From: Camelus dromedarius
Taxonomy: Eukaryota
Length of the DNA: 64,000 nucleotides
NCBI RefSeq assembly: GCF_036321535.1
Contig: NC_087436.1
Location: 108,130,001 to 108,194,000 of the forward strand
Reading direction: 5' to 3'
Numbering within the stretch: the stretch's first letter is position 1; the number at the start of each line of letters is the position of its first letter. A program made the translations under genes and the position numbers. Below, in pieces: positions 50,788 through 64,000 of this stretch. The notes beneath the pieces are model-generated. The model worked only from the letters and a program-made list of their open reading frames with translations, searched no databases and was not told where the DNA came from.

Positions 50788-51194
50788 TGTCGTAGACTGG
50801 ATTGTGTTCTCCCCTCCAAACTTCATATGTTGAAGTTCCAATCCCGCTCCCCCATACTGCAGAGTAGAACCACATTTGGAGACAGGATCTTTACAGAAGT
50901 CATTAAAGGGTTGTTAGAGTATTGTCACTGGTGTCCTTATAAGAAAAGGAAATTTGGACACAGATATGTCCAGAGGGAAGATGATGGGAAGACTCAGGGA
51001 GAAGACAGACCTCTAGAGCCAGGGAGAAGTCTGGAACAGATCCTTCCTTCATGGTCCTCAGAAGGAACTAATTCTACTGTTCCCTTGATCCTGGAACTTC
51101 TAGCCTCGAGAACTGTGGGGAAATAAATTTCTGGTGGTGAAGCCACTCAATTTGTGGCACTTTGTTACGGCAGCCCTAACCAGCTACTAATACA
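50788..51194 (+). mobile_element. MaLR solo LTR (MLT1B-like)
   Basis: CATATGTTGAAGT...TTTGGAGACAGG...AAATAAATTTCT...CTAATACA. Confidence 0.85.
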
Positions 51195-52855
51195 CTGTGC
51201 TTTTAAATCGCTACATTCTCTCAGACAAAATCTCCAATGGATGTAATACACTTTTCACATTCATTTCCCTCCTCATGCAGCCATCTTATACCAATCTTTG
51301 TCTCACATCCTTTTACTATCCTTGTATCTGCAGTGTTAAGACAGGAACCCCATTCTACAAAAACTTGCAGATTTCCCTAAGAGTATGACTCATCATAACT
51401 TGTAACAAAAAAGCAGTTTGCAGTCCAAGTGTTTTTATAATCTAGAGGAAATCCATAGTTTAGCCATGGTGGTATCTATTCATTATATTTTACGTGCAGG
51501 GTTTAACAGGTACTGCCTGGTTCCTGCACACCACGCACAATGCATGCCAACACTCTTGGCGTGATGTGAGGACTCGTAAGCATGGGATAATCTTTCAGGT
51601 TGGATAGTTTTGGATTTAAAGTCCACCTCCAGGAGCACCAAGATGTTTACCTAACTCCTATGAATCTCCGTCTCTTCATATTTACAATAAGCATGATAAA
51701 ATCTATATTACAGAGATTTTTCAAGTATTAGGTATCATGACCGCAAGATTCCTTAGATGAGTGCAGTTTGGGCACATAGTAGGGCGCTCACTGCATGTCT
51801 TCCTCGTCCTTGCTTCAGTTTGTAGGCCAGCATAACTCACTGATTACTTTTCTACAGTTACCATCCCTAACTGGCCAGTGTCCATATTTTGATTAGATAA
51901 TGTTCCCCCTTCCCTATTTTACCCTGAGGATATCTTGTTAAGAAATCTCCTTGTCCCTTTGAGTGTATATTGCTCTAGTTTTTCCAGATCACTTTAAAAT
52001 CTAGTCCTGTTTCATTTACTATTAACATATTTTCCTATCTTCAGAGAACCCTGAATTAATAAGTCTGTCTTCTCCTTGTTATTCTAATCTTTGATTAAAA
52101 ACAGATGTACAGATATTCTTTATTTTGTACAGAACCATGCTAACTGAGACTTGTGCAAAATTAGGAATTGGTCGAAATGAATGTTTCAATCAATACAGTG
52201 TTGATGCTGTGCAGAGAGACAGCTACCTGTAACTCTGTGGGGAAAATCAAAGAGCTACGCCTCTGTTTATTTCACCCTGTTGGGGCTGACCAATTGATAA
52301 TATAGGTGTGCCTGATTTAAATGTAAACACCCATACATGTTTTTAAGTATATTTTTGTCCAAAATATATTTTCTCAACACTCGTAACCATATATTTCTCT
52401 TTTATTTAATTAAAATGATTTCCCTTACCCATTCCCCTTTATCCTGCTAAATTGCCTGCATATCTCAAAGCTCAAATTAAATGTAATCTTGTGGATGTCT
52501 TTTCTTTAATTCACCCAGGAAAGCCAGTTTATCTCTCATCACTTCTCCCCGTACTTTGTGTACTTCTTAATATGGATTAAACAGATGGCCTTTGGCTAGG
52601 TCAGTGATGAGGCCAGGCTTTGGCTGTCAGAAAGCACCACCAGTCCCAGTCTGTGTGCTCTGCAGTGAACTGACTTCAATTGCTACATTCTTGGGGTATA
52701 ACTTAGCTGTCAAAGGCTATTCAGGGATGTGGAAAGAGATGCCAAGACATATGCTATGGTTTTCATTGAGAACTTGGGTCTCTGTGGGGAAGAATTAGAA
52801 CCAAAAAGATGAGACATATGCAGACCTAATGCACTGGGTGGGGGAGTGGGGGCAA

Positions 52856-53438
52856 TGCTTGACTGAATAATGGTCCCCAGCAATATCTATTCTTTAATCT
52901 CTAGATTTTGTGAATATGTTACATTACTGTTCAAAGGACTTTGCAATTGTGAGTAAGGTTATGGACCTTGATGTGTAAAGATTGTCCTGAATTATACTGG
53001 CAGGTCCAGTGCAATCACACAAATCCTTAGAAGTGGAAGAGGAAGGCAGAAGAGTCAGAGATGTGAGATGGACTCAACTTGCCACTTCTGCCTTTGAAGA
53101 TGGAAGAAGTAGCCATATATCAAGGAATGAAGGCAGTTTCTAGACTCTGAGAATGGCCCTCAGCTTTCAGCCAGCAAGAAAACAGGACCTCAGTCCTACA
53201 ACCATGAGGAACCACAAGGCAACAGCCTGAATGAGCAAGGAAAAGGATTTTTCTCTAGAGCCTCTAGAAAGTCATGCAGCCTCACTGACACCTTGATTTC
53301 AGCCTTGTGAGATTGTCAATAGACTCAGCTGAGCCTCCTGGACTTGTGACCTATGGAAAATGTGAGACAGTAAATTAGCGTCTCTTTAAGCTGCCAAGTT
53401 TGGGGTAATCTGTAATGGTGATGATAGAAAACTGATAC
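52856..53438 (+). mobile_element. MaLR solo LTR (MLT1D/E-like)
   Basis: GAATAATGGTCCCC...GTGAATATGTTACATTAC...GAAAACTGATACA. Confidence 0.8.
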
Positions 53439-54369
53439 AGGAGCAGAGCAGGGAAAGCACATAATGAAGACCACCGTGGGAAAAAACATAATTTCCTTAT
53501 GAGAAGCGTACCTGCAATGTAAAAGCCTGGCAGAGTGGGCTACTTGGAGCATCCAAGCTTGAATTAGAACCTGGAAAGGGCTTTGGGCACCTTGCAAAAC
53601 TGTGTACAGCGTCTCCACTTCCAAGTTCTCAGAAGCCTGTTTATCATGTGAGGAGGATGTCCGTAGGGCAGTGGAGATCATTGTTATCAGCTCTGCTGTG
53701 GGGATACTCTGAAAAATCCAGGACCAGCACAGGATTTCTTATGCCTTAGAGGACAGGCAGGCAGCTGCTTGGTTGAGAGGCTGGCAGCTGCTTGTGCAGT
53801 ACCCTGGGGGCAGCTGGGTGCCAACTTCTCAATGGAGAAGAAGGACTAAGAAAACCAGCTGAGCTTGAGCTGCACAAGGCAATCTGCTTGTCTGTGTGAA
53901 GCCCTCTGTGCGCAGGAGTTCCCAGAGTGAATGGATGGCTCAGGGGGTCCTGGGAACAAATCAGGTCTTTGCTAATTATGTCCACAGATGCTTAGAATGT
54001 TGACGTGCGAGAAAGCACTATAAATGTCTCTTCTCTCCGCTTATGATCAAGTCCCCTTTCTAGGTCTGAAGACTTTAGACATTCACTATATGTAATGATT
54101 CTGCCCATTTTTTGGAGAAGTAAATGGACATAAGAGGTGTTAAGTTTAACAGAGCACTTATTTTGTAATGGTCTAAGCACATTTCATCGATGAGCTCATT
54201 TCATCCTTACAAGAACCGTCTTAGATAGACACTGTTAGTTGCATTTTATAAATGAAGAAACTGAGGCATGGAGAGGCTGTTCTTTAACTCACAGTTGCAC
54301 ACCTAGTTATGTGGTGGCATCAGGATTGAATCTAGACCAGACGACTCCAGACATCATGTTTCTCACAGC

Positions 54370-54844
54370 TGCTATGGCAGACTAAAGACATCTTCAAATG
54401 TCCGCATTCTAAGCCCTGGAACCTATGAATGTATTATGTTACATGGCAAAAAATAACTGAGGTTGTTGATCAGCTGACCTTAAAATAGGGAGATTTCCCT
54501 GGAATATCTATGTGGGCCCAATGTTATGATAAGAGTCCTAAAAAGTAGAAGAGGAAGACAGAGGAGAAGTTTGGAGTAAAGTGATGGGGGAAGAACTCAC
54601 TCCGCCATTTCTGGCTTTAAAGGTCAAGGCAGAGAGCAAGTCAAAGAATATAGCTAGTGGCTAAAGAAAATCAAAGAAAGGGGTTCTCCTCTAGAAAAGA
54701 ACGCAGCCCTGTTGACACTTCTACTTCAGTCCAGTGAAACCCACATTAGGCCTGATCTGTAGAATCCTAAGGTAATAAATTTGTGTTGGTTGAAGCCACT
54801 GAGTTTGTGGTAATTTGTTACAGCAGCAATGGAAAACTAATACA
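54370..54844 (+). mobile_element. MaLR solo LTR (MLT1D-like)
   Basis: CCCTGGAACCTATGAATG...GGTAATTTGTTACAGCAGCAATGGAAAACTAATACA. Confidence 0.8.
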
Positions 54845-55435
54845 CTTGCTAACTGCTGCTCTCAAGTCATTTGTTTCTGAAAAAGAAAACTCCCCTAACC
54901 TCCACCAATATCAAGGCTTGTTCAATGTGTCATGCTTGGTGCACGTATGGAGTCTCAAGATTTCTACTGCACCCCCCAATCAAATATCATGATTTAGAAA
55001 TCAGTTATGAAGTTGCCACATCTCGGGTTATCCCCACTCCGAGTCCCCACATCTGGATGACCATGGCCAATCCACCATCCAGATAATATTTTCTTTGGCT
55101 ATTCATGCATGATTTTAATTCCCCCATAAACTTGCCCAAAGTACTGGTTTTAATGTGTGAGGCATATCTCATTCTTTTCTATGTATTTTGTTGCCCAAAG
55201 AGGAGGTAATGGAAGATAAAGGAAACAGACTGGGCAGCATTTCTAGGACATCAGAGAGGTAGCTTCCTCTGGCTGGGAGAAGACTCACTCACCTTCCACC
55301 CACTCGTAGCCACCGCCTTCCCACCATTGTTACTTGGTGGTAATGGTGGCAGGGGTTAGGTAACTATCTTTGTTACATTTTTGATGGGGAAGTGAGCATC
55401 TTTGTTTTCAAGTGAAAACAAATTTGTACTGGTTT

Positions 55436-55568
55436 TTGTTTTGTTTTTTGTTTGTTTGAGGGGGGAGATAATTAGGTAATTAATTCATTAATTTTTTTAA
55501 TGGAGGTACTGGGGCTTGAACCCAGGACCTTGTGCATGCTAAGCATGTGCTTTACCATTAAGCTATAC
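55436..55568 (-). mobile_element. tRNA-derived SINE, camelid Vic-1-like
   Basis: Minus strand TATAGCTTAATGGTAAAGCACATGCTTAGCATGCACAAGGTCCTGGGTTCAAGCCCCAGTACCTCC with Pol III A/B boxes; A-rich tail; TACTGG(T/C)TTTT TSD-like flanks. Confidence 0.8.
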
Positions 55569-56876
55569 TGGCTTTTAAAGTCAGTAAAGTAAGCATTTTA
55601 AAAGGTAGTATTATAAATAGAGTGTATTGATCATATCCTGGAAGCTTTTGTCCATGGCCCATGGCAGAGTAGGGCACGGGACTGAATCGCGTTAAGACCC
55701 TCCATGAGAACTCAGTTCTAAAATTCACTTGCCTCATTTACTGCCTTTGACTGACTTACTCTAGGGAAGAGCCTCTAGCATCCGAGGAAAGCTTACTGAC
55801 CCTCTGAGCCTTATTGCTTGCCTCTCCCAGCCTGCCATTTTAAACACAGCACAGACCAACAGAGTAAATGAGGACCCGACAAATCCGTTATTTCTGACAA
55901 ATGTGTCTGCAGTGAACCAGATGGCATCGTCCCTTGGAGGGGTTGGTGTTTCTGTTTATGATGTACCTGGTCTCTTGGTCTCAACTTCTGAGCCCTAGGC
56001 AGATAGTTTTTCCTCATTTCAATCAAAACTACATTTACCTTCCAGTGTTCAGCCCACCTAAAAGCCCACCAAGGGAGACTTAATATTCTGTCCCCAGAAA
56101 CATTCTTGTGTCCTTTAAAATTCAGAGAATGCCACAGGCACAACACTTAGGCTAAGCTAACTGGATTACAGTATCTGTTTGCACTGGAAATGTTCTGACA
56201 CAATTGGAGATCTGGAGTAAAGTAATTTGACCGCTTTGAGGCTTCTGAAATAATTGATCAAAGTGAAAGCTGTTTCCACTCAGCTTCTTTGCTTTTCTGA
56301 GTTTATCTTCCAATCTCTTTGTCCCACAGTGACTTTCAAAGGAGCTGCATGAATTTGTCTAAATTTAGGGCAGCAGAAGGAATATCAAAATGCATCTTAA
56401 TTTCTTGAGACAAAAATAGCATCCAGTTTCTATTTTTCAAAGGTATTCCTTGTGAAAGTTAGGTTTGCTTTAAATCTAGCCAGTGTATGAAAATCTACAT
56501 TGGAATAAGAGATAAAAGAGCGTCATTATTTACTGTTGAAAAAGGAGTCCAATAACAAATAGACCTTCAGTTTAATTTGGTTTGCTAAATTCCAGTTGTA
56601 CCTGATATTTGAAGAGAAACATTTTTGTGATAAACAAGATAAAGTTGGTATTGCTGCTTATTGCTGGATTGCAAAGTTTTTGCATTTTACTCTGAAATCA
56701 CACAACTCTTGAGTAAAAATTCTGGTTCCCAGAACGATTCGATGTGTAAACTTGAGCACGTTACTTGAACTCTTTTTTTTCCCCTCTTGTTTCTACATTT
56801 ATAAGTAAAGGGAGTAAGAAAACTGTCTTATTAAATTATATATTTATATTTATATATACTATATTTTTATATTATG

Positions 56877-56879
<3 letters not shown>

Positions 56880-56922
<43 letters not shown>
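56880..56922 (+). repeat. (CA)n microsatellite
   Basis: Direct read. Confidence 0.95.
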
Positions 56923-56923
<1 letters not shown>

Positions 56924-57869
56924 CACTTGGCCCACTATCTAGCACAGAATGAGAACAATAAGTAACAGCTACAATCAACGTAGTTGTTATTTAAAATAAC
57001 GGAGAGTAGAAAGGCACTTAGCGCTCTTAAGGTTCTGGGCAGGTTAACTGACTCGAGGCAAAGACTCCCCTTCTGTACCATAGCGATAGATAATATTATT
57101 TCATTAGCCTCAATTATGTGCAGTAATAGAAGCTATCTAATTTTAAAAGTGATATATTTTACTTCATTTTTTAGATAAGTGACTCAGCCTAACTTTTCTG
57201 TGCTCTAAATAATTATTGTGAAGCCAAAAAACTAAACCTTGGTAATCAGTGAACAACAACAACAACAAAAAATGCACTTAGGTTTCCGTCTATTGCAATA
57301 AGTCTACTAAAGTTTCAACCTAAAAGCACGTATTTTTGTAAATTACTTAATTTCACATTTTAAGTTTTAATACAAGACTATCACTTCAATAGACCAAATT
57401 CTTTTCACCATTTCAAGGAGATAAGTTTATCTAAATGTGCAAAATTATTAGACATAAAGATCAATTGTATAATTTTAAGTACTATAATCTTGATTTTAAA
57501 TCCTTTTACTTTTGTATCTTCTTCGAGATTGAAAAATATATTCCTAGTCAGAGAGACAATTATCATTTCTCTTCTCTGGAGTTATTTTCTATCACTGCTA
57601 TTTAATTCTAATTCTCTTAGGGTTGGACAATGAGTGTCTACTCAAGCAGTTGCCTTCCCAATTATACTGTGGTTGAATCCAGTGATTTTAGCTCAGCTGG
57701 CAGGGTACTGGAGCTGCAGACGTCATGGGCTTCAAAATGTTTAAAAAGAGGTTGACTTCTTAGTTCACATAATGTACTTCTCCACCTGCTCTCAGCCTCT
57801 AATTAGGTAAGTCATTTGATTGGATTTTATAGTTTCTTCTTTCTTTTCATTTTGGGTCTTGCATTTTAC

Positions 57870-57972
57870 TTTCTTTCTCCCTCCCTCTCTCCCTTCCTCC
57901 CCACCACCTCCTTCCCTTCCCCTTTCCTCCTTCCTACCTTCCTTCCTTCCTTTCTTCCTTCCTTGTCTTTCC
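57870..57972 (+). repeat. Polypyrimidine low-complexity tract (CCTT-like)
   Basis: Direct read. Confidence 0.85.
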
Positions 57973-58929
57973 TATTTCTATCACACATTCTTATAGATAT
58001 TGAAAATATCTGAATAAATTTCAGTTATCTCTATGGCTTTATCTAACTTGCAGATATAACTCCAAGGTCATTTTGCTGACACAGTGGCATGATTCAAACC
58101 ACAGAATTTAGAAAACTAAAGAAACTGCAGAAGTTAGTAAATAAATGCCCAAATAAGCTTACCCATCCATTTAATGAGGGGTGATAAAGGATTTTTTAAA
58201 GCTCTTTGGCAGTACCAACAGAAGAGAGACTTGATCATGAGTCTCTTAAGAGTTGTTAAAGTTGTTTTTTCCTGAAAATAAATATATTAAATGCAGCTGC
58301 CAAAAAGAAAAGATAATTGAAAATGAATAGATATGTAGATGCAAGAGTACACTTAACATTTGTAGGAATGCACATAAACATAGACATTATGTCTCGCCCA
58401 GTAATGGGTTTCATGAAATTTTAGGTGGAAGAGTTGAAATCCAGTGTTTAGTCCCCCACTGAATCTTTTTCTTAATTTATTCAATTAAGAAGTATTGTAA
58501 AGTCCCTTCTATGGACTAAGTATTATATATCAATTGATTCTTACTTTTCCTTCTTCCTCCTAAACTTACCAATTTAGAAAAGTATATACATTTGTAAATC
58601 AGAAGGATGCGTAAGCTACAACCAATTGTAGAATCAGTAGCAAATGATCAAATATGTTTGAAAATATATTTTAAATAATATAATGAGGATCAGTTATATA
58701 TAATTTCCTTAAGTGAGTGTACTTGAGGGTGAGCCATGCTTTACATGTCTGTGTATCTTTATAATAAAAGCAGACACACACCTCAACACACACACACACA
58801 CACAGAGACATTAAATTCAGCTTATTTATTAATTTTAGGAGTGTACCGCTCTGATCATCACCGTTGTCACAACATCTGACCTGCCCTGTGGTATAGATCA
58901 TGGCAGCAAATTTGTTGTGCTATGCAGAG

Positions 58930-60600
58930 GAGACTGCATGAGAGGATGAGAGATGAACAAGACACAATCTTTACTACAGGGTGTTCTAGTTCGGAAGAAG
59001 GGCATGCAAACAATTATGAAACAGTGTGATGCCATTACAAGGACAGGGACCACATACAGCAGAGCCAAAGTTGGGTGTGATCAACTGTTTGGGGTTAAGA
59101 GTGGATATCCCAGCAGAAGGGCTGTTGAAACCAAGAACCGAGGTGTGACCAAGAGCCAGTCAAGTCATCAGTGGCCAGGTTGGAGAACCATATTCCGAAC
59201 AGAACATATACGAAGTCATTGAGACGTTCAACAAAAGCTTATAGAGCGAGTATTTGTGTGTGGTAAGCTTACAATCAAGTGCATAAATAAATTAGTAAAC
59301 TAATTAATTAAGGGTGTTTTTCCATAGTGAGAAATGCCAAAAGAAAAATAAAATAATGTAATATAAAGTTACTTTGAGTACAGCTCACATTTGCTGGTGC
59401 GGCCAAGGAAAGCTTCTCTGATAAAGTGACAGCTGAAACCTGCTTAAGTGGAAACCAGCCATGCCTATGTGTGGAGGAAAAGCTACGGGAAGGTTCCAAG
59501 TGCAAAGTCCCTAAAGCAGAAATGAACTTGGCTTACTTGAGGATCAGAAAGAAGGTCGGTTCGGTTGGAGTGATTTGAATGAGTGGGAGAATGGGAAGAG
59601 GAGGGCAGAGAGTAGGCAGGAGTCAGGTCATTGAGGGCCTTATAGACCAAATGATGGAGTATGGATTTTTTTTAATCCAGGTGCAGCCACTGGTGAACCA
59701 AGCAAAGGACTGGCATAATCTAATTATGTTTTTAAAATTCACTTTGGGGGTTGAGTGGTAAATATATTTAGGCGGTGAGAAGGAAGAAAGTAAAGGGTCC
59801 TGTCGAGGGTCAAAGAAACATGATGGTGGTTTGAATTGGAATAGTAGAGGCCAGAAGCATTTGGGCCACTTCAAGTATTTTTTATGGCTGGATTTTTGTA
59901 TATTTAATATATATATATAAGGAACAAAATGGATATTGGTTTGGAAAACAAGTTGGCAGGGTCTCAGTTATAAATTCATTTTTTAATGGTATGGATGTTG
60001 AAATGTGTTCTTTTGGCAATATGGAAACATTCAGGTGTCTTAAGGAGGAAAGGAGAGTCCAGCGTCATGAGACGTGGGTTTTATAACACCATTCAGGCTG
60101 CACTATGGAGAAGGAATTTGGAGGGGGAAGATGGGAGCCAGGAAGACCAGAGAGAACCCCATGGCACTGCTGCTTGAGAAATCCTGAGGGTTTAAATTAA
60201 GGAATGTGTGCAAGCATAAAGTAGAAGGGATGGATTTAAAACCGTACAGAATCAACGTCAGTTTGGTGAGTGAGTGGATGCTGGGCATAAGGAAAAGTAA
60301 GAACTCCACAACGGCACCTGGGTTTTGTTCTGTTTGTTTGGCATTAGTGATTGGATGCGCAATGGCACAATTAAATAAGATTTTAAAATCTCAGGAAGGG
60401 AGTCAGGTTTGAGGTGCTGATATGCTGAGTGTAGAAACTGAGTGGACGGCAGGAATTCCAAGGGGGGATGAGATGTCCACTAGCCAATAGACGTGCAAGG
60501 AGACACAATGCACACCTGGGAATACAGGACGTTGGTGGATCTGAGCAGGAACTTGGAAGCAAGGGCTGATGGTGGGAACGGAGTGGAGCATGTGCTAGTC
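58930..60600 (-). mobile_element. Fragmented L2 LINE segments
   Basis: Purine-rich L2 motifs, e.g. GGAAAGCTTCTCTGATAAAGTGACAGCTGA, CAAGTGCAAAGTCCCT. Confidence 0.6.
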
Positions 60601-62463
60601 CGGAGGGAGTCTATTCAGATACCACACTATGAAGAGTAGCTCACAACCTCGTAGAAATAAAAAAGTGTTATTTGGACGTGCAGGGCCTGAGTGTTTTTCC
60701 AGTACTTGGGCAAGAATCTACACAAGGCTGGAAAGCCAGACGAACCTTCAAAGTTAATAATTCAGAAGGTTTGGGAAGCACTGGTCAAAACTTACATTGT
60801 TCCGGTCGAGAATCCAAGTACAAAATGCATAAGGTTGCCGTAAGCTGGTTTTGAGTCAACACCTTTTCTCTGCCTGAATTCTTTTGTATTCTTTTCCTGC
60901 ATCAGGGAGGAAGCATGACCAGGCCAAGCTCTCCCAGTGGACTGAATGGGAGAACAGGGTTAGCAGACAGAGCAAAGGAATGAATACATGTAGTTTCACC
61001 AGTTCTGTTTAGATCAATATCTTTTTGAATGTCATCTCAGGGCCACCTAAAACAGAATCACTAGGAATTTGGGTTAAAAAAAAAATTAGTAGACTCCTAA
61101 ATCCTACTCAGATCTACTCAAAATCTCTAGGAATGGAGATATTTTTCTTTTCTAATCAAGTCATATATTTAGTAATCTCTAGACCCTCCTTTGAGTTTGC
61201 TCCCTTTTGTGTTGTTTAGCTCAAAATCCTGACTTCTTAAAGCCAGGTCTCCTGGCATCTGGAACAGTTCACCTTTGGTAGGTAAATGAGGTCAGTGAGC
61301 ATAGCAATCAGCTTGGCCAGAGCAAGTCTGCTCAGAATACTGAACTCATATCTAAAAGCCAGAACCGCACTAATGAAATCTAAACCCTAGATCACATTTT
61401 TATAGAAGCAGCACCCGAGGGAGGTTGTGGAAATGTCTGCTGTTTCTGTTCTTCAGCTCTGCCACCCTAGCTGGTTGTTGTGATTGTGTTTTGTTCATGA
61501 GTTTTTCTCTGCTCTTGTTTGCATATTAAAAAAAATCAATATACTGTGGTACTAAGTTTAGTCTATGACACCTATTAAGTACTTAATACATGGTTGCCGC
61601 AATCATTTCTTCTTTCCTATTATTGTTATTATTTGCATTTTTTTTTCCTCAGGGGAAGTTGTAAAATTGGAAAGTAATTTTAAAAACTTCTGAAATTAAA
61701 GTACCATACAAATAATAAATCATAATTACAATAGAAACTTTATTTAAAAAGCCCTCTTGACTACTCTCCCTTTCTAAGAAAGGAAATTATAGATAAAAGA
61801 TTGTACAGAACTGAAACATAATTTTAAAAAAAAGGTGTATTAATTTCTAATTGTATTATTTGTCTTAACATGTGAACAGGGAATGCATATCCAAAACAGG
61901 ACCTAGGAGGTATCAGAACAATCCCTAAAGGGTCCCTATCCTCACGTAGAAGCTGATTGAAAAGAGGGGCAATTATATTACAAGGATGCTAAAATCAAGA
62001 TTTGAAGAATGTTGACAGAGAAACAAAATTCCAGGCCTGGGGCTGCAGGGCTGGTGTAGTTAATCAAATACATCAGCCTCATAAATTCTGATGTGTTCTG
62101 AGATCGCTGTCCCCTGAAGAGAAGTCTAATAAACCCAATGTAATGTGTCTTCCAGGAGCCATAATGTGGCTCTGTTTGATAGAAAATCAGCTAGGAGGAT
62201 GTTTGCACTTGGGTGGAGGAACTATGGGAAGTGACGAGAGGAAGTGAAAAATCCATAAACTGGATGACTTACGGGGTCCCACTGGTGTATGAATGAAGAA
62301 GAACAAGGGCACCGATGGGTAGATCTCGCAAATATTTAATGTGCTCAGTTAAACCTTTTTAACTAAAAATGTCTCCGATCTGCCTTTTGGGTGGTGGTGA
62401 GACAGTGTCTAAACAAAGGAGATAAAAGCAAAAACAGCACCTTTAGAATTAGAGAGGCTCCAT

Positions 62464-62650
62464 ACTAACTATTGTATGTAAAATAGATTAACAGCAGGCT
62501 CATACTATACAGCACAGGGAACTATATTCAGTGTCTTGTAGTCACCTACGGTGGAAAAGAATATGAAAGCAAATATGTGTATGTTCATGCATGACTGAAG
62601 CACTATGCTGTACACTAGAAATTGACACAACATTGTAAACTGACTATACT

Positions 62651-62692
<42 letters not shown>

Positions 62693-62694
62693 GC
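62464..62694 (+). mobile_element. Young L1 3'-end insertion with (CA)n tail and perfect 16-bp TSD
   Basis: ATTAGAGAGGCTCCAT at 62448-62463 and 62695-62710; body matches the 37.1-37.3 kb L1 3' UTR. Confidence 0.9.
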
Positions 62695-62764
62695 ATTAGA
62701 GAGGCTCCATGACATATTAGAGAGGTGATTTTCTCACCATCGTGTCCCCATCATTCCAGTACAT

Positions 62765-62970
62765 TGATAAACCCCAGGTCAGATCTGGCCTGCCACCTGC
62801 CTTTGTAAATAAAGTTTTATTGGCACCAGTCACTCTTTCTTTGACATATTGGCTACAGAACCCTGACCCTACAACTGCAAAGTTGAGTCCTTGCAACAGA
62901 AACAGTATGGCTTGCTAAGGTGAACATACTTGTTATCTGGCACCTCACAGCAAAAGTTTCCAGCCCCTGA
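62765..62970 (+). mobile_element. MER58A-like hAT-Charlie MITE
   Basis: TCTGGCCTGCCACCTGCCTTTGTAAATAAAGTTTTATTGG...AAAAGTTTCCAGCCCCTG. Confidence 0.8.
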
Positions 62971-63788
62971 TCTTGTAGACAGCCTGGCATGGAATAAGAG
63001 TTCAGTACGTCTTTAATGGACTTGGAATTTATACCATCTATATAACCTTGGGCAAGCTGGTTAATCTCCCCCAGACTCAGCTTTCCCCAGTGCTAAAATG
63101 GATACAATCATACCAATCTTGGAAAATTCCAGCATACTGTTTAGAATCTGGTTTACCGTTAAAAATAGTATTTCATTCTTCCTCCTCCTATCTCTTTCAC
63201 TTAATGTTAGCAGGTGCTGCTTTAATCCAGAATAGTCAGTGCCATGCTAACTGGTAATTTTACAGCTTTCTACTTTTTTGGATGTACAGGCATAATTTAC
63301 TCTCCCAACTGAATCAGTGGTTTATAATTATGACTGTCCTGAATCAAGCTACGTTTTTCTCCTTTTCTCTTTACTTGTCCTCTTTCTCTCCTCTTTTAGC
63401 TAAATGTTTGTTTTCACATACATCAAATAAGTCTTTTTTTTTTTAATTTTTATATTTACCACATGGAGTCTAATTCATTTCATTTCTTCTGAAAGACATA
63501 ATATCATAAAAGCCTCTAATGTCTGGTTGCCTTGCTGTTGAAGCAACAGAAGTAATAAAGGGTATTTTTTTTTTAAGAAAAGTCCTTCAACTTTTTATTT
63601 TTGAGTAGTAACAGAGATTAATTTTTTTTTTTAAGAACATCTCCTCAGCCCCCTCTAATCTGCTGGGAGAAAGGAAACTCTAACTGGGTGAATACAGTAG
63701 ACCCACGCCGAGCCCCAAGTGAGGTGTGGACACTGAAGGGACCAGTCAAATTTTTTACCCTTTGAGAAAGTCTGTGGACTAACGGGAA

Positions 63789-63803
63789 GTGCCCTCTGAT
63801 GGC
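63789..63803 (-). promoter_or_regulatory. CTCF-like motif
   Basis: Minus strand GCCATCAGAGGGCAC closely matches the CTCF core CCASYAGRKGGCRS. Confidence 0.55.
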
Positions 63804-64000
63804 AGACGTGGCCCTCACTTCATCTCTCTGAGAGAAGCCCAGTGTTCCCCCGTGCCAATCGGAAGCAGGCCCTCTCCCTAGAGGGTTGCCCTGAGTCATT
63901 CATGAGCAATATTTTATCAACGGTGGTGTAGGTGGAATGGCTTTGCATTCACCCCCCCTCCCCAATCATGTTTCACTTGGCACAATGTTTCTTTAGACAC

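Noticed and set aside
55500..55568. tRNA gene
   Set aside because: The tRNA-like head is followed by an A-rich tail and TSD-like flanks, i.e. a SINE.
1..64000. Prokaryotic systems (CRISPR arrays, operons, defence islands)
   Set aside because: The sequence is mammalian; no repeat-spacer arrays or long ORFs.

Overview
AT-rich, repeat-dense eutherian genomic DNA. It is probably camelid, judged from a tRNA-derived Vic-1-like SINE and matching young L1 3' ends; this is recognition from memory, not a database result. I recognise no intact, known protein-coding gene, RNA gene or CRISPR array. Much of the window is interspersed repeat: MIR, L2, old and young L1, MaLR/MLT solo LTRs, a rearranged ERV-L internal fragment and hAT MITEs. 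The main unexplained signal lies on the minus strand from about 39.5 kb to past the left edge. It is a series of GT-AG-bounded, repeat-free segments whose splice phases chain together and whose frames are mostly open, but carry scattered premature stops and frameshifts. This looks like a decayed multi-exon (unitary-type) pseudogene of a large protein I cannot name, with F-box-like motifs in the middle and C2-like segments near the 3' end; the domain calls are by eye only. There are also enhancer-like unique segments and a CTCF/CCAAT/ETS motif cluster at the right edge. Repeat boundaries and subfamily names are approximate.
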